Shown here in pieces: positions 20,784 through 33,400 of a stretch of 64,000 bases of DNA; within the stretch, counting starts at the first letter, position 1; every line of letters begins with the position of its first letter. Made by a program: the position numbers and the translations under genes. The stretch is from an uncultured Planctomycetia bacterium (GTDB lineage Bacteria; Omnitrophota; Gorgyraeia; Tantalellales; Tantalellaceae). The notes beneath the pieces are model-generated. The model searched no databases and was not told the origin of the DNA. It worked only from the letters and a program-made list of their open reading frames with translations. The stretch lies in contig CAZGOZ010000001.1 in NCBI GenBank assembly GCA_964528025.1, positions 4,398 through 68,397 of the forward strand, written 5' to 3'.

Positions 20784-21467
20784 TCACCTTTGTTTCTTCT
20801 TTTTAACGTCCGTTTCTTCCGGCTCTACGGGAGCATCCAACTTGTCACCTTTGTAGATCCACACCTTCACCCCGATTATTCCGTATGTGGTGCGGGCTTC
20901 ACTGAACCCGTAATCTATGACGGCCCTTATTGTCTGTAGCGGGATCTTGCCCCACTTATAACCTTCAACTCTTGCTATTTCCGCGCCCCCCAGACGTCCG
21001 GAACACTTAATCTTTATGCCTTTCCCACCGGCGTCTTTGTGCGCCTGTATGGTTTTTTTCATCGCACGCCGGAAAGCGATCCTTTTCACGAGCTGCAGTG
21101 CGATATTATCAGAGACGATCTTCGCGTCCAGTCCGGGATTTGCCACCTCTTTGATATCAATAAAAAGTTTTGCCCGATCCCCTACGATATTCTGTACGGA
21201 TTCTTTAAGCAGCTCGATCTGAGCACCCTTCCGCCCTATCAGTATTCCCGGCCGTCCGGAAAAAATAGCAACACGCACGAGGTTACGCGTGCGCATTATA
21301 TCTACATGAGATATCAGAGCCGCGAACATCTCTTTTTCTATTAATTTGCGTATTCGCGTGTCCTGCAGCAGTTTGTCCGCGAACTCTTCTTTCGTGGCGT
21401 ACCAACGACTGTTCCAGTCACGTCCCGCTCCCAGACGAAAACTTATCGGATTGACCTTCTGCCCCAT
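20784..21467 (-). CDS. rpsC: 30S ribosomal protein S3
   Basis: 227 aa with a KH domain. Confidence 0.9.
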   Translation of the reverse strand: MGQKVNPISFRLGAGRDWNSRWYATKEEFADKLLQDTRIRKLIEKEMFAALISHVDIMRTRNLVRVAIFSGRPGILIGRKGAQIELLKESVQNIVGDRAKLFIDIKEVANPGLDAKIVSDNIALQLVKRIAFRRAMKKTIQAHKDAGGKGIKIKCSGRLGGAEIARVEGYKWGKIPLQTIRAVIDYGFSEARTTYGIIGVKVWIYKGDKLDAPVEPEETDVKKKKQR

Positions 21468-21468
21468 G

Positions 21469-21852
21469 CTATTTACTCCCTGACTTTATTTTTTTGTTTT
21501 TCTTAGCAGGCACAACTGCCTTATCCAGTTCAACCCGAATATGCGTTGTCCTGTGCCTTATAGGCGCGGCGCGTCCCATTGTCGCTGCTCTGAAACGTTT
21601 AAGCATGTAGGCGCCGTCTGCCATTATTGTTGAGATCATCACGTCTTTAGCAAGTAGTTTCTCCTGCCGCTTAAAATTTGCGTTGGCAAAAGCCGAGTCC
21701 AAGACCTTCCTTATAGGCACGCAGGCACTCTTCGGGGTATTATCCAGAATAGCTCTCGCCATTTCAATCGTTTTGCCCCTTACCAGGTCAACGACCAGTC
21801 TTGTCTTACGTGTCGATATCCTGACGTATCTGGCTTCCGCTTTTGCAATCAT
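21469..21852 (-). CDS. rplV: 50S ribosomal protein L22
   Basis: 127 aa. Confidence 0.85.
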   Translation of the reverse strand: MIAKAEARYVRISTRKTRLVVDLVRGKTIEMARAILDNTPKSACVPIRKVLDSAFANANFKRQEKLLAKDVMISTIMADGAYMLKRFRAATMGRAAPIRHRTTHIRVELDKAVVPAKKNKKIKSGSK

Positions 21853-22136
21853 TATGTTTTCTCCAATGAAACTTTCGTCGCTGCTCCGTGGCTGCGAAAC
21901 TTACGCGTCGCCGCGAACTCACCCAATTTATGACCTACCATATTCTCCGTTATAAACAGAGCGATGAAGGTCTTTCCGTTATGCACGGAAATTGTCAAAC
22001 CTACGAAATCAGGTAATACAACAGACCTTCTGGACCAGGTCTTTATCGGCTTCTTGCTGCCGGTTTCCGCCCTTTTTCGCACCTTTTTCAAGAGACTCTC
22101 GTCCACAAAAGGGCCTTTTTTGGTAGAACGCGACAT
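21852..22136 (-). CDS. rpsS: 30S ribosomal protein S19
   Basis: 94 aa. Confidence 0.9.
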   Translation of the reverse strand: MSRSTKKGPFVDESLLKKVRKRAETGSKKPIKTWSRRSVVLPDFVGLTISVHNGKTFIALFITENMVGHKLGEFAATRKFRSHGAATKVSLEKT

Positions 22137-22139
22137 ATC

Positions 22140-22964
22140 TTACTTCCTCCGTTTGATTATCTTACTGCTTGACGCTTTCTTCTTTTTCCGCGTCTTTAAA
22201 CCTTTGGTAATCTTACCCCACGGCGTAACCGGATGTCTTCCGCCGGAGGATTTTCCTTCACCGCCACCCATGGGGTGGTCAACCGGGTTTTTTACCACGG
22301 CTCTGGATTTCGGCCGTATTCCACGATGTCTTGATCTACCGGCTTTTCCTAAAGAGATATTTTCATGTTCGGCGTTTCCCACTTTTCCGATTGAAGCGTA
22401 ACATCCCTCGTTAACCAGCCGGACTTCCCCGCTCGGCATGCGCAGGTGTATGTTTTTTCCGTCCTTTGCGTCAACCATGGCGCCATTGCCCGCTGATCTG
22501 GCTATCTTCGCGCCGCAACCCGGTTCCATTTCAATACAATAAACTTCCGCCCCAAGAGGAACATTTTTGAGCGGCATTGAATTCCCTATTTCTATCTTCG
22601 CCGTGGGACCGCACTGAATTGTGCCGCCGACCTTGATCTGCGCAGGCGCGATTACATACATCAGTTGCCCATCCTCATACTTCACTAGCGCGATACGCGC
22701 CGAACGGTTCGGATCATACTCCACCGCCGCAACAACTCCCTGAATGCCTTTTTTCATATAACGAAAATCTACGAGACGATACCGTCTCTTGTGACCGCCC
22801 CCTATGCCTCTCGAGGTTATACGGCCACGATTATTTCTTCCGCCCGTTTTCCGCAGCGCTCGCGTGAGAGATCTTTCCGGACGTTTTTTTGTGATATCAC
22901 TAAAATCAGAAACGTTCCCGCCGCGGGTGCCGGGTGTCATTGCTTTATATTTTCTTATACCCAT
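22140..22964 (-). CDS. rplB: 50S ribosomal protein L2
   Basis: 274 aa. Confidence 0.9.
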   Translation of the reverse strand: MGIRKYKAMTPGTRGGNVSDFSDITKKRPERSLTRALRKTGGRNNRGRITSRGIGGGHKRRYRLVDFRYMKKGIQGVVAAVEYDPNRSARIALVKYEDGQLMYVIAPAQIKVGGTIQCGPTAKIEIGNSMPLKNVPLGAEVYCIEMEPGCGAKIARSAGNGAMVDAKDGKNIHLRMPSGEVRLVNEGCYASIGKVGNAEHENISLGKAGRSRHRGIRPKSRAVVKNPVDHPMGGGEGKSSGGRHPVTPWGKITKGLKTRKKKKASSSKIIKRRK

Positions 22965-22967
22965 AAG

Positions 22968-23246
22968 TTATGTTACCTCTATCGTGCTTCCGGATTTCAG
23001 CGTCACAATGGCCTTTTTCCACGAGGCCGTCATACCCTCGTGAAGCCTTACCCGTCTTCTTTTTCCTTTGATGTTCATCACGTGGACCTTATCCACTTTA
23101 ACGTTGTAAATCTCCTCCACAGCTTTTCTTATCTCCACCTTGTTGGATCGTTTATCAACCTTGAATAGGTGCTTGTTCTGCGAACCCATCCCTGACCCTT
23201 TTTCGGTCCGTAATATATTTTTTATGACATCGTGTGTCGTTCTCAT
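22968..23246 (-). CDS. rplW: 50S ribosomal protein L23
   Basis: 92 aa. Confidence 0.85.
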   Translation of the reverse strand: MRTTHDVIKNILRTEKGSGMGSQNKHLFKVDKRSNKVEIRKAVEEIYNVKVDKVHVMNIKGKRRRVRLHEGMTASWKKAIVTLKSGSTIEVT

Positions 23247-23902
23247 TTTAATTTTTCACCCAAGTTTTCAAGCGCCGTTTTTTCCACCAAAATACACCCG
23301 TTCAACAAAACATCTCTCACATTTATATTCTTTCCCTCTTTCAGGCTCACCCGTTTCAGGTTGCCTGAAGAACGTTTTACATCCTTGGTTATGGCCTCAA
23401 CCACAACAAGCACTTTTCCTTCCACCTTCAGATTATCAAGAATCGCCTTGAACGCACTGGTCTTGGGCTTATCCAGCTTGATTTCTACCACCGCTTTCAC
23501 CATATTTTCGGACAGTCTGGCGTTCAGACCGGATATCAACGCTTTTTTCAGCGCTTTTTTCGGCATGGAATACGAAAAATCACGCGGTCTCGGACCAAAT
23601 GCCACGCCGCCGTGACGCCAGACAGGATTTCTGGAGGACCCGACCCTGGCTCGACCGGTACCTTTCTGTTTCCATGGTTTTGCTCCGCCGCCCGAAACCT
23701 CGCTCCTCGTTTTAGACGAAGCAGTTCCTCGGCGGCAATTCGCTTCATACATCTTCTTCGCTTCATAAAGAAGCGTTTGATTAACACGACCGTCAAACAC
23801 CTCTTCATCCAGCTGTATTTTATCAACGGCCTTGCCATCCAGACCAAAAACATCCAGCCTTGTATTAAACTCTTTTATTTTCCGCTCTTTATTTCTTTTC
23901 AT
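23243..23902 (-). CDS. rplD: 50S ribosomal protein L4
   Basis: Start set at internal [12 protein letters not shown]. The longer ORF to 24085 would overlap rplC by about 200 nt. Confidence 0.8.
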   Translation of the reverse strand: MKRNKERKIKEFNTRLDVFGLDGKAVDKIQLDEEVFDGRVNQTLLYEAKKMYEANCRRGTASSKTRSEVSGGGAKPWKQKGTGRARVGSSRNPVWRHGGVAFGPRPRDFSYSMPKKALKKALISGLNARLSENMVKAVVEIKLDKPKTSAFKAILDNLKVEGKVLVVVEAITKDVKRSSGNLKRVSLKEGKNINVRDVLLNGCILVEKTALENLGEKLK

Positions 23903-24605
23903 CGTTCGGCTTTTCTGCTGTTTTTTCTTCTGTTTTTCCCTCGGCCTTTTCTTCTTTCTTCTCGCGCGCCGCAAGGGTTTTCTTTTTAGCGTACCGAAGA
24001 ATAAGATACGTGCCGTTCGCTCCGGGAATAGCGCCTTTAACCGCAATCGTGTTATTGGCGGCATCCGTCTCAACAATCTGGACATTCTGAATTGTAGTTC
24101 GCACGTTCCCCATATGACCCGGCATGCTTTGTCCTTTAAAAACGCGCGATGGATAAGAACTGGCGCCTATGGAACCCGGCGCGCGGTGCGACATTGATCC
24201 ATGCGACTCCGGTCCACCGTTCCAGTTGTGTCTTTTCATGCCACCCTGAAAACCTTTTCCCTTTGAAAGGCCGGTGATATCCAGGAAATCGCCTTTTTGA
24301 AAAATCCCGAGCGTTACCTCATCTCCGACTTTTACTTCCAAATCTTCGTCACACCTTATTTCCCGGACAAATCCCTTCGGTTTCAGATTACGGGCCTTGA
24401 GATCTTCTCTCTGGGGTTTTTTAAGACGTTTTTCCTTTACGTCTTCATACCCCATACAAACGGCATTATATCCGTCTTTCTTCGGGGTCTTTACTGCCTG
24501 CACGGAACAGGGGCCCGCTTTCACGACCGTAACAGGCGTTCTTCTGCCGTCTTCCCCGAATATCTGTGTCATGCCTATTTTTTTTCCAAGTATTCCCGGA
24601 ACCAT
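23889..24605 (-). CDS. rplC: 50S ribosomal protein L3 with Lys/Glu-rich C-terminal tail
   Basis: [16 protein letters not shown]. Confidence 0.9.
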   Translation of the reverse strand: MVPGILGKKIGMTQIFGEDGRRTPVTVVKAGPCSVQAVKTPKKDGYNAVCMGYEDVKEKRLKKPQREDLKARNLKPKGFVREIRCDEDLEVKVGDEVTLGIFQKGDFLDITGLSKGKGFQGGMKRHNWNGGPESHGSMSHRAPGSIGASSYPSRVFKGQSMPGHMGNVRTTIQNVQIVETDAANNTIAVKGAIPGANGTYLILRYAKKKTLAAREKKEEKAEGKTEEKTAEKPNDEKK

Positions 24606-24624
24606 TCAATTACCCCACTATTTT

Positions 24625-24745
24625 AAGTACAAATATCTTCTTAAAATTCAAATGACAAAGCTCAAAATTCAAAATAAATCCAAAATCTTAAATTCCAATG
24701 CCCAAACTTTTATTTTGTGCTTTGAATTTTGACATTTGTCATTAT
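24625..24745. repeat. Family A palindromic element between rpsJ and rplC
   Basis: aattcaaatgacaaagctcaaaattcaaaataaatccaaaat ... ttttgtgctttgaattttgacatttgtcatt. Confidence 0.7.
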
Positions 24746-25059
24746 TTTATCTCTACATCTACACCGGCCGGAAGATCCAGCTTGCGCAAAGAGTCTATCG
24801 TCCTTGCTGTGGAATCCACGATATCCAGAAGCCTTTTATGCGTTTTGAGTTCAAACTGCTCCCGTGATTTTTTGTCCACATTCGGCGACCTTAAAACAGT
24901 ATAAAGCTCACGTCTGGTCGGAATCGGCACCGGACCCACCACGGTTGCACCGGTTTTCTTGACCGTCTCCACTATTTCTGCCATTGACACGTCAAGAAGC
25001 TTATGGTCAAACGACTTCAAGCGTAAACGTATCCTTGCTGTTTTTATTTTCTTAGCCAT
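24742..25059 (-). CDS. rpsJ: 30S ribosomal protein S10
   Basis: 105 aa; [20 protein letters not shown]. Confidence 0.9.
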   Translation of the reverse strand: MAKKIKTARIRLRLKSFDHKLLDVSMAEIVETVKKTGATVVGPVPIPTRRELYTVLRSPNVDKKSREQFELKTHKRLLDIVDSTARTIDSLRKLDLPAGVDVEIK

Positions 25060-25077
25060 TTTATCCTCGCTCCGTTA

Positions 25078-26274
25078 TCAGGCAATCACTTCCGAGACTA
25101 CTCCCGCTCCTACAGTGCGGCCGCCTTCACGTATCGCAAATCTTAACTCTTTTTCCAACGCTACCGGCGATATGAGTTCCACTTCTATCGTGACGTTATC
25201 TCCGGGCATTACCATCTCTACCCCTTCGGGTAGCTTTGCCACTCCCGTTACATCCGTTGTCCGGATATAAAACTGCGGCCGGTATCCGTTAAAAAACGGC
25301 GTGTGCCGCCCGCCTTCTTCCTTGCTCAATATATATACTTCCGCTTTGAATTTTGTATGCGGTGTGATCGTTCCCGGCGCCGCAAGCACCTGTCCTCTTT
25401 CCAGGTCTGTCTTCTCTATGCCGCGCAAGAGCACTCCCACGTTATCTCCCGCTTGACCTGAATCCAACAGCTTACGGAACATCTCTATTCCCGTTACCGT
25501 CGTCTTCCTCGTCGCGCCGAGACCCACTATCTCAATCTCTTCGCCCACTTTTACCTGGCCCCGTTCTATCCTTCCGGTGCCCACTGTTCCTCTTCCCGTT
25601 ATGCTGAACACGTCTTCAACGGGCATCAGAAACGGTTTGTCTATATCTCGCACCGGCTGAGGTATAAACGTGTCCACCGCGTCCATAAGCTCGCCTATAA
25701 ACTTGCAATCCTCACTGTCCAACGCGCCTTTCGCTTCCATCGCCTTTAACGCGCTGCCCTTGATTATCGGCGTATCATCGCCCGGGAAATCATATTTGCT
25801 TAAGAGTTCCCTTACCTCAAGTTCTACGAGGTCCAGAAGCTCTTTGTCGTCTACCATGTCCACCTTGTTCATGAACACAACCAGCGCCGGCACGTTTACC
25901 TGTCTGGCCAGTAATATGTGCTCTCGTGTCTGCGGCATCGGACCGTCAGCCGCCGATACCACCAATATCGCTCCGTCCATCTGGGCCGCTCCCGTGATCA
26001 TGTTCTTGATGTAATCCGCGTGCCCGGGACAATCTATATGCGCATAATGTCTTTTATCCGTCTCGTATTCCACGTGCGCTACCGCGATTGTTATGCCTCG
26101 TTCCTTCTCTTCGGGCGCCTTATCAATCGTATCAAACGCGCGTATTTCCGCCTGCCCCTTGTTCGCCAGGTACATCGTGATCGCGGCTGTGAGTGTCGTC
26201 TTGCCGTGGTCTACGTGCCCTATCGTTCCAATGTTCAAATGCGGCTTTGTTCTCTCAAATTTTTTCTTGGCCAT
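25078..26274 (-). CDS. tuf: Elongation factor Tu (copy 1)
   Basis: 398 aa with a [10 protein letters not shown]-loop. Protein-identical to the 40707-41903 copy. Confidence 0.95.
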   Translation of the reverse strand: MAKKKFERTKPHLNIGTIGHVDHGKTTLTAAITMYLANKGQAEIRAFDTIDKAPEEKERGITIAVAHVEYETDKRHYAHIDCPGHADYIKNMITGAAQMDGAILVVSAADGPMPQTREHILLARQVNVPALVVFMNKVDMVDDKELLDLVELEVRELLSKYDFPGDDTPIIKGSALKAMEAKGALDSEDCKFIGELMDAVDTFIPQPVRDIDKPFLMPVEDVFSITGRGTVGTGRIERGQVKVGEEIEIVGLGATRKTTVTGIEMFRKLLDSGQAGDNVGVLLRGIEKTDLERGQVLAAPGTITPHTKFKAEVYILSKEEGGRHTPFFNGYRPQFYIRTTDVTGVAKLPEGVEMVMPGDNVTIEVELISPVALEKELRFAIREGGRTVGAGVVSEVIA

Positions 26275-26334
26275 TTTTTGCCTCCTTAAAAAGTCGTTAT
26301 ATGCCGTCTCTCTTATACTTACACTATAAAAACA

Positions 26335-28407
26335 CTATTTTTCCGGCGTGCCTGTAATAACCTTCTCCATTATGTTTTTAGGCACTTCCTTGTAAAACGA
26401 AGGCTCCATTGTATACGTTGCCCTACCTTGTGTCAAGCTTCTTAAGGCCGTTGCGTAACCGAACATTTGCGCAAGCGGAGCGGCGCCGGATATTATCTTT
26501 GTCGTCGCTTTCTGCTCAATGTTTTCTACCTTAATTCTTCTCATATTCATGTCCCCGATAACGTCCCCGAGATACTCATCCGGCGTTGTTACTTCAAGCT
26601 GCATTATGGGTTCCAGAAGAACAGGTTTTGCTTGCTGAACCCCCGCTTTCATCGCTATCGATGCGGCGCTGTTAAAGGCCAGTTCCGAGGAATCAACATC
26701 ATGATAAGACCCATCGTAAAGAACGACTTTAATGTCGGTAACGGGATATCCCGCGATGGCTCCCGTCTTTGCGGCGTTTCTGACGCCCTGTTCAATCGCC
26801 TTGAAATATTCCCTCGGAATGCTGCCGCCTTTTATCTTTTGCTCGAATACGACGCCTTCGCCTTTTTCTGACGGCCCAATTTTCAATTCAACGTGCCCAT
26901 ACTGACCGTGTCCGCCTGTTTGCTGTATAAACTTGCCCGTTGACTCAACCTGTTGGGTTACGGTTTCACGATATGCCACCTGCGGACTGCCGACGTTCGC
27001 GCCTACCTTAAACTCCCTTTTCAACCTATCAATAAGAATCTCTAAATGAAGTTCACCCATACCGCTGATAATCGTCTGTCCCGTCTCCTCGTTATATTTG
27101 ACCTTAAAGGAAGGGTCTTCGGTCTCAAGCTTTTTAAGCGCCATTCCCAGTTTGTCCTGATCAGCCCTGGTCTCCGGTTCTATCGACATAGAAATAACTG
27201 TCTCCGGATATTTTATTCTATCAAGCGCCATCGGATGCTTTTCTTCGCAAAGTGTATGCGCTGTGGACGTCGCCTTAAGCCCTGCCAGACCGACTATCTG
27301 GCCCGGACCGGCTGACGTAATAATCTCTCTCTGGTCGGCATGCATGCGGACAATCTTCGCCACCCGTTCCCGTTTTTCCGTAGTCGTGTTAAAAACATAC
27401 GTTCCCGACTCCAGCTTGCCCGAATAGATACGCACGAAAGTCACTGACCCCACGAAAGGATCCGTCATGACCTTATATGCATACGCGCAAAGAGGACTTT
27501 TCTCTTCGGGAACTATTGTGATTTCCTCCCCCGTATCGGGGTGCACAGCCTTCGGAGCTGCCACATCCAGCGGAGACGGCAGATAATCACAGACGGCATC
27601 CAGGACAAACTTCATGCCCTTGTTCTTCAGGGCGGATCCGCACATGACGGGAATGAATTTATTTTTGCTCGTAATCCTTCTTATATGTTTCTTGAGATCC
27701 TCGGGATAGATACCCGTATCTGTCAAATAGAGTTCTTCAACTTCAGAGTCCACGTCCGCAAGTTTTTCTATGAGATTGTGTCTCCAGTGGCTGGTAATCT
27801 CCTTCATGTCCTCGGGAATTTCCTGCTCCACCGCATCCTTGAGATCCCCCTCTTCGTCAAACATGTATGCCTTGCATTTTATAAGGTCTATCACCCCGCA
27901 AAATTTATCTTCTTTTCCGATCGGTATCTGTATCGGTGTCGCATTGGCGCCCAGCTTTTTATGCATGTCTATAATAACCTTGTAAAAGTCGGCTCCGACA
28001 CGGTCTATCTTGTTTATAAGCGCTATCCGGGGTATGTCGTAATGGTCGGCCTGACGCCATACTGTTTCTGTCTGCGGCTGAACGCCGCCAACGGCGCAGA
28101 AAACGACAAGCACACCGTCAAGCACCTTGAGAGAACGCTCTACCTCAATCGTGAAATCCACGTGCCCGGGTGTATCTATAATATTAATATTTTTGTCCTG
28201 CCACTGACAGGTCGTAACGGCGCTGGTTATGGTAATGCCCCGCTCCTGTTCCTGCTCCATCCAGTCCATAACCGCCGTGCCGTCGTGGACTTCACCCATC
28301 TTATGAATCTTACCCGTATGGAAAAGCACTCTTTCCGTAACGGTTGTTTTCCCGGCGTCTATATGCGCGATTATTCCTATATTTCGTATATCTTGTATAT
28401 TTCCCAT
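26335..28407 (-). CDS. fusA: Elongation factor G
   Basis: 690 aa; AHIDAGKTT. Confidence 0.95.
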   Translation of the reverse strand: MGNIQDIRNIGIIAHIDAGKTTVTERVLFHTGKIHKMGEVHDGTAVMDWMEQEQERGITITSAVTTCQWQDKNINIIDTPGHVDFTIEVERSLKVLDGVLVVFCAVGGVQPQTETVWRQADHYDIPRIALINKIDRVGADFYKVIIDMHKKLGANATPIQIPIGKEDKFCGVIDLIKCKAYMFDEEGDLKDAVEQEIPEDMKEITSHWRHNLIEKLADVDSEVEELYLTDTGIYPEDLKKHIRRITSKNKFIPVMCGSALKNKGMKFVLDAVCDYLPSPLDVAAPKAVHPDTGEEITIVPEEKSPLCAYAYKVMTDPFVGSVTFVRIYSGKLESGTYVFNTTTEKRERVAKIVRMHADQREIITSAGPGQIVGLAGLKATSTAHTLCEEKHPMALDRIKYPETVISMSIEPETRADQDKLGMALKKLETEDPSFKVKYNEETGQTIISGMGELHLEILIDRLKREFKVGANVGSPQVAYRETVTQQVESTGKFIQQTGGHGQYGHVELKIGPSEKGEGVVFEQKIKGGSIPREYFKAIEQGVRNAAKTGAIAGYPVTDIKVVLYDGSYHDVDSSELAFNSAASIAMKAGVQQAKPVLLEPIMQLEVTTPDEYLGDVIGDMNMRRIKVENIEQKATTKIISGAAPLAQMFGYATALRSLTQGRATYTMEPSFYKEVPKNIMEKVITGTPEK

Positions 28408-28419
28408 AATCTTCCGTTC

Positions 28420-28890
28420 TTACCACCTGTAATGAGCAAATGCCTTATTCGCTTCGGCCATCCTGTGCGTGTCTTCGCGTTTTTTCATCGTTGGCCCTTC
28501 CCTCTTGTAAGCGTTCATTATCTCGTCGGCCAACCTTACCTTCATTGATTTGCCTTTTTGCTGTCTGGCAAAATCCCGTATCCATCTCATGCCTATGAAC
28601 TGCCCGCGATCAACCTTAACCTCAAGCGGCACCTGATACGTGGCGCCCCCTATCCTTCTGGACTTGATTTCCAAGAGCGGGCGCGCGTTCTCAAGCGCCT
28701 GCAGAAATACTTCAAGCGGATCGGCATCCTTAATCTTTTCCTTGATAATATCCAGCGCGCCGTATACGATCTTTTCGGCCACTGATTTCTTCCCGCTTTC
28801 CATTACCATGTTCATAAATTTACCCAAAACTTTACTTTTGAATTTTGGGTCCGGTGATGGTTTGCGTTTTTCCGCTCTGCGCCTTCTCAT
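28420..28890 (-). CDS. rpsG: 30S ribosomal protein S7
   Basis: 156 aa. Confidence 0.9.
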   Translation of the reverse strand: MRRRRAEKRKPSPDPKFKSKVLGKFMNMVMESGKKSVAEKIVYGALDIIKEKIKDADPLEVFLQALENARPLLEIKSRRIGGATYQVPLEVKVDRGQFIGMRWIRDFARQQKGKSMKVRLADEIMNAYKREGPTMKKREDTHRMAEANKAFAHYRW

Positions 28891-28906
28891 TTTTTATCCT
28901 TTTCTG

Positions 28907-29278
28907 TTACTTCGGCCTCTTGGTGCCGTATTTAGATCTGCCTCTTCTCCGGGATTCCACGCCCGAAGCATCCAATCTTCCCCTGATTATGTGATACCTT
29001 ACGCCCGGTAAATCTTTTACCCTGCCGCCCCGTATCGTCACGATGGAGTGCTCCTGAAGATTGTGCCCCTCTCCGGGAATATACGCCGTGACCTCAAGGT
29101 TGTTCGTCAGACGCACTCTCGCGATTTTTCTCAGGGCCGAATTAGGTTTTTTCGGTGTGCGTGTCTTCACCTGAAGACAAACCCCTCTGCGCTGCGGACA
29201 CCCGACGAGCGCCGGCGACTTTGTTTTCGTCCTGATAGCTTTTCTTCCCTTACGTATCAATTGGTTTATTGTCGGCAT
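28907..29278 (-). CDS. rpsL: 30S ribosomal protein S12
   Basis: [14 protein letters not shown] family C element supplies AGGAG 7 nt upstream of the start. Confidence 0.9.
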   Translation of the reverse strand: MPTINQLIRKGRKAIRTKTKSPALVGCPQRRGVCLQVKTRTPKKPNSALRKIARVRLTNNLEVTAYIPGEGHNLQEHSIVTIRGGRVKDLPGVRYHIIRGRLDASGVESRRRGRSKYGTKRPK

Positions 29279-29339
29279 TTATTGCTCCTTTGCAACACTG
29301 AGAGCTCTGAATTTTCTGAGAACACTGAATTCAGTGCTC
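29279..29339. repeat. Family C leader element (short copy) between rpoC and rpsL
   Basis: cctttgcaacactgagagctctgaattttctgagaacactgaattcagtgctctcag, a near-perfect 28 bp palindrome centred on GAATTC. Confidence 0.7.
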
Positions 29340-32300
29340 TCAGTTCTTTTCAGTGTCCTCAGTGTTACCTTCTTCTACTTTTTTTATTTCTTCTTTTAAT
29401 ACCTCACGGACCAGCGAGATTTTTCTGTGCTCTTCATATCCCGTTCCCGCTGGTATCAAATGCCCCATGATGATATTCTCTTTCAGTCCCGTCAAATTGT
29501 CCGTTTTTCCGGCTGCGGCCGCTTCCGTCAAAACCCTCGTGGTTTCCTGAAAACTCGCGGCCGAGATAAAACTTTCCGTAGTGAGCGAAGCCTTCGTTAT
29601 GCCCTGAAGAACGGGCTCGGCAGACGCGGGTTTTTTCTTCTTCTTTATCATTCTCTCGTTCTCTTTTTTAAAAATAGTCTTCTCCACTTTATCACCGTCG
29701 AGAAAAATGGTATCCCCGGAGTCCGTTATTTTGACGCTCCTGAGCATCTGTCGGATAATCGTTTCAATATGCTTGTCGTTTATCTGTACGCCCTGCAAAC
29801 GGTATACTTCCTGAATCTCATTAAGAAGATATTCCTGGAGTTTTTTCTCTCCGGAAACCCGCAAGATATCCTGCGGTACCACAGGTCCGTCAACAAGCTG
29901 TTCCCCCGCTGCAACGACATCCCCGCGATATACATTGAGATGCTTACCGTGCGGAATAACATATTCTTTTCTCATCCCCGCTTCACTTTCAACGATTATC
30001 CTTTTCTCACCCTTTTTCGATTCGCCAAACTCAACCGTTCCCGCTATCTCACTGATAATGGAAGGATCTTTCGGTTTTCTGGCCTCAAAAAGTTCAGCCA
30101 CACGCGGTAGACCGCCTGTGATATCCTTTGTCTTTGTCAACACCCTGTGCATCTTGGCAAGTACGTCACCGGCTTTGACCTCTTCCTTGTCCTTGACCGC
30201 AATATGAGCATTGACCGGAAGAGGATAAATCGCCTCAACATCACCCTTTTTGTTCAGGATAAGAAGCTGCGGGTGATAGTCGCCTTTCTGATCGATCACG
30301 ACTCTGTTTTTCACGCCCGTTGCCTCATCCGTCTCAATCTTCATCGTAATATCTTTTTTGATGTCCTCATACTGAACCTTACCGTTAACTTCCGTCAATA
30401 TCGGAATCGTATACGGATCCCACTCGGCGTATTTCATCTTTTTCTTTATGCCCGCGCCGTCCGCATAAAAAACAGAGGACCCTTGCGGAATTATCTGCCG
30501 CTCTATCTCGCGGCCGTCAATCTCGTCGATGCTTATCTGGCCGCTTCTGTTAAGAACAACGAACACGCCCTTCTCCCTGCTCTCAACGACTTTAAGGTTG
30601 TGATATTTTACAACGCCCGGTTCCTTGTTCTTGAAAAAGGACTGCTCTATTATCCTGCTGGCGGTTCCTCCGATGTGAAACGTCCTCATCGTAAGCTGAG
30701 TGCCCGGTTCCCCGATGGACTGCGCCGCAATTATACCAACGGCTTCCCCGGCATCCGCGATCTTTCCGGTAGCGAGATTCCGTCCGTAACATTTTGCGCA
30801 AACTCCCTGTTCCGCTTCACACGTCAGAACGCTTCTGATACGCACGCTTTCCAGCATGGGTATTTTTTCTATTTCCTCGGCCTGTTCATCGCTTATAACT
30901 TCGCCTGATTTAATAACGCTATTCCCTGTGAGGGGATCCGCAATGTTATCCAGCCCGACTCTGCCGGAAATACGTTCCGCGAGGGAAGCAACCACTTCAT
31001 CGCCTTCAATTATGGCCGAGACGGTGATACCGTTGAGTGTTCCGCAGTCAGGCTCACGAATTATAACATCCTGCGCAACGTCAACCAGCCTTCTGGTAAG
31101 ATACCCGGAATCCGCTGTTTTCAACGCCGTGTCAGCCAGTCCTTTACGCGCGCCGTGAGTGGAAATAAAATATTCCAACACTGTCAGGCCTTCTCTAAAA
31201 TTCGCGGTAATGGGAGTTTCAATAATCTCGCCGGAGGGCTTGGCCATGAGTCCCCTCATCCCCGCAAGCTGACGAATCTGCTGCCGTGATCCTCTGGCCC
31301 CGGAATCGGCCATCATGAAAACAGGGTTGAAACTGTCAAGATGGCGAAATACCAGGGCTGAAACGTCTTCGGTGACATGCGTCCATGTGTCAATGATCTT
31401 GTTATATCTTTCACCGTCGGTTATAAGCCCTCTCTGGTATTGACTATGGACCTTATCCACCTCGACTTGCGCAAGAGCCAGTTTTTTAGCCTTTTCCGCG
31501 GGAACACTGAGATCGGAAACAGCCATGGAAGCCCCTGAAAGCGTGGATTCTTCAAACCCAAGCCTCTTGATTTCATCCAGCAACTCAACTGTCGCCGCGT
31601 GCCCCTTTAACCTATAACAATCGGAAATAACCTGACTCACGGCTTTCTTATTCATCGGTTCATTGTAAAAGGGCATCCCTTCGGGAAGGATATCGTTGAA
31701 GATAGCTCTTCCGACGGTGGTCTCTATGAGTTCCCCCTTCACACGGAGTTTTATCTTGGCAAACTTATCAACCTCTTCGTCCTGATAAGCCATTATGACT
31801 TCTTCTTTATCCGCAAATATCTTTCCTTCCCCCTTGGCCTTCATCTTCATTTTGGTGAGATAATACACGCCCAGAACTATATCCTGTGAAGGAGTTGCTA
31901 TCGGACGGCCGTTCGCGGGCGAAAAGATATTATTAGCGGCATTCATTATAAGCCGGGCTTCCATCTGTGCTTCCATAGACAGAGGTAAATGTACCGCCAT
32001 TTGGTCGCCGTCAAAGTCCGCGTTAAACGCGGCGCAGACCAGCGGATGAACGCGTATAGCTTTACCTTCAACCAGTTTGGGCTGAAACGCCTGTATTCCG
32101 AGACGATGCAGGGTCGGAGCCCGGTTTAGCATTACGGGATGGTCTCTGATAACGTCATCAAGTATGTCCCATACCTCGGGGTTTTCCTGCTGGACCATTT
32201 TTTTCGCGCTTTTTATAGTATGGACAAACCCTTTTTCTCTCAGTTTTCTGATAATGAACGGCTGATACAGTTCCAGCGCCATGACCTTGGGTAGTCCGCA

Positions 32301-33395
32301 TTCATTTAGTTTAAGTTCCGGTCCAATCACGATAACGCTACGTCCGGAATAATCCACGCGTTTTCCGAGCAGGTTCTGCCGGAAACGGCCCTGTTTGCCT
32401 TTAAGCATATCCGCAAGCGACTTTAACGGCCGTCCGCCGGATCCCACGACTTCGCGCCCATGCCTGCCATTATCAAACAAGGCATCAACGGCTTCCTGCA
32501 ACATCCGTTTCTCGTTCCTCACAATAACTTCCGGGGCTTTCAGCTCAAGAAGCTTTTTAAGCCTGTTGTTCCTGTTGATCACTCTCCGATAAAGATCGTT
32601 AAGATCGCTTGTCGCAAATCTGCCGCCTTCCAATGGAACAAGCGGCCGAAGATCGGGAGGAATAACCGGAACAACATCAAGTATCATCCATTCCGGTTTA
32701 TTACCACTCTTTCGGAATGTCTCAATGACCTTCAACCTTTTCATCAACCTTTTTTTAGTATTCAAATCTTTTTTCTCGCTCATTTTCGCGATTAATTCCG
32801 CGGATATGGCGTTAAGATCCATCTCTTTCAATAATTCGCGAACACCATCAGCCCCCATCATGGCTTTGAAGCCGTTTCCATATTCTTCTTTCGCCTTGAT
32901 GTACTGATCTTCTGTCAGCATCTCTTTCTTTTTAAGAGGCGTCTCGCCGGGATCCGTCACCACATACTGCTCATAGTAAAGAACCCTCTCCATGTCCCTC
33001 ATTTTCATGTCAAGCATATTGGACATGCGGGAAGGAATGGCCTTAAAAAACCACACGTGTGAAACGGGCGCGGCCAGTTTGATACAGCCCATTCTTTCGC
33101 GGCGAACATTTGATTTGATTACTTCAACGCCGCAACGGTCACAGACAATGCCCTTATGCTTTATTCTCTTGTATTTGCCGCAGTTACATTCAAAATCCTT
33201 GGTAGGACCGAATATGCGCTCGCAAAAAAGCCCGTCTCTTTCAGGTTTCAATGTCCGGTAATTGATCGTTTCCGGCTTCTTTACCTCAAATAGCATGCTC
33301 CTCGAGCCAATCTTGCGCGTGGCCCAAGCCTTGATTTTTTCAGGAGAAGCTATCTGTATCTTGACCTTGTCAAATCTGTTTACCTTGCGCAACAT
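29340..33395 (-). CDS. rpoC: DNA-directed RNA polymerase beta' subunit
   Basis: 1351 aa; NADFDGD catalytic motif. Confidence 0.95.
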   Translation of the reverse strand: MLRKVNRFDKVKIQIASPEKIKAWATRKIGSRSMLFEVKKPETINYRTLKPERDGLFCERIFGPTKDFECNCGKYKRIKHKGIVCDRCGVEVIKSNVRRERMGCIKLAAPVSHVWFFKAIPSRMSNMLDMKMRDMERVLYYEQYVVTDPGETPLKKKEMLTEDQYIKAKEEYGNGFKAMMGADGVRELLKEMDLNAISAELIAKMSEKKDLNTKKRLMKRLKVIETFRKSGNKPEWMILDVVPVIPPDLRPLVPLEGGRFATSDLNDLYRRVINRNNRLKKLLELKAPEVIVRNEKRMLQEAVDALFDNGRHGREVVGSGGRPLKSLADMLKGKQGRFRQNLLGKRVDYSGRSVIVIGPELKLNECGLPKVMALELYQPFIIRKLREKGFVHTIKSAKKMVQQENPEVWDILDDVIRDHPVMLNRAPTLHRLGIQAFQPKLVEGKAIRVHPLVCAAFNADFDGDQMAVHLPLSMEAQMEARLIMNAANNIFSPANGRPIATPSQDIVLGVYYLTKMKMKAKGEGKIFADKEEVIMAYQDEEVDKFAKIKLRVKGELIETTVGRAIFNDILPEGMPFYNEPMNKKAVSQVISDCYRLKGHAATVELLDEIKRLGFEESTLSGASMAVSDLSVPAEKAKKLALAQVEVDKVHSQYQRGLITDGERYNKIIDTWTHVTEDVSALVFRHLDSFNPVFMMADSGARGSRQQIRQLAGMRGLMAKPSGEIIETPITANFREGLTVLEYFISTHGARKGLADTALKTADSGYLTRRLVDVAQDVIIREPDCGTLNGITVSAIIEGDEVVASLAERISGRVGLDNIADPLTGNSVIKSGEVISDEQAEEIEKIPMLESVRIRSVLTCEAEQGVCAKCYGRNLATGKIADAGEAVGIIAAQSIGEPGTQLTMRTFHIGGTASRIIEQSFFKNKEPGVVKYHNLKVVESREKGVFVVLNRSGQISIDEIDGREIERQIIPQGSSVFYADGAGIKKKMKYAEWDPYTIPILTEVNGKVQYEDIKKDITMKIETDEATGVKNRVVIDQKGDYHPQLLILNKKGDVEAIYPLPVNAHIAVKDKEEVKAGDVLAKMHRVLTKTKDITGGLPRVAELFEARKPKDPSIISEIAGTVEFGESKKGEKRIIVESEAGMRKEYVIPHGKHLNVYRGDVVAAGEQLVDGPVVPQDILRVSGEKKLQEYLLNEIQEVYRLQGVQINDKHIETIIRQMLRSVKITDSGDTIFLDGDKVEKTIFKKENERMIKKKKKPASAEPVLQGITKASLTTESFISAASFQETTRVLTEAAAAGKTDNLTGLKENIIMGHLIPAGTGYEEHRKISLVREVLKEEIKKVEEGNTEDTEKN

Positions 33396-33400
33396 ATTTT

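Noticed and set aside
23903-24085. The 61 aa N-terminal extension of the L4 ORF ([17 protein letters not shown]...)
   Set aside because: It would overlap the rplC 3' end by about 200 nt in another frame. The canonical L4 N-terminus begins at the internal Met MKRNKE.
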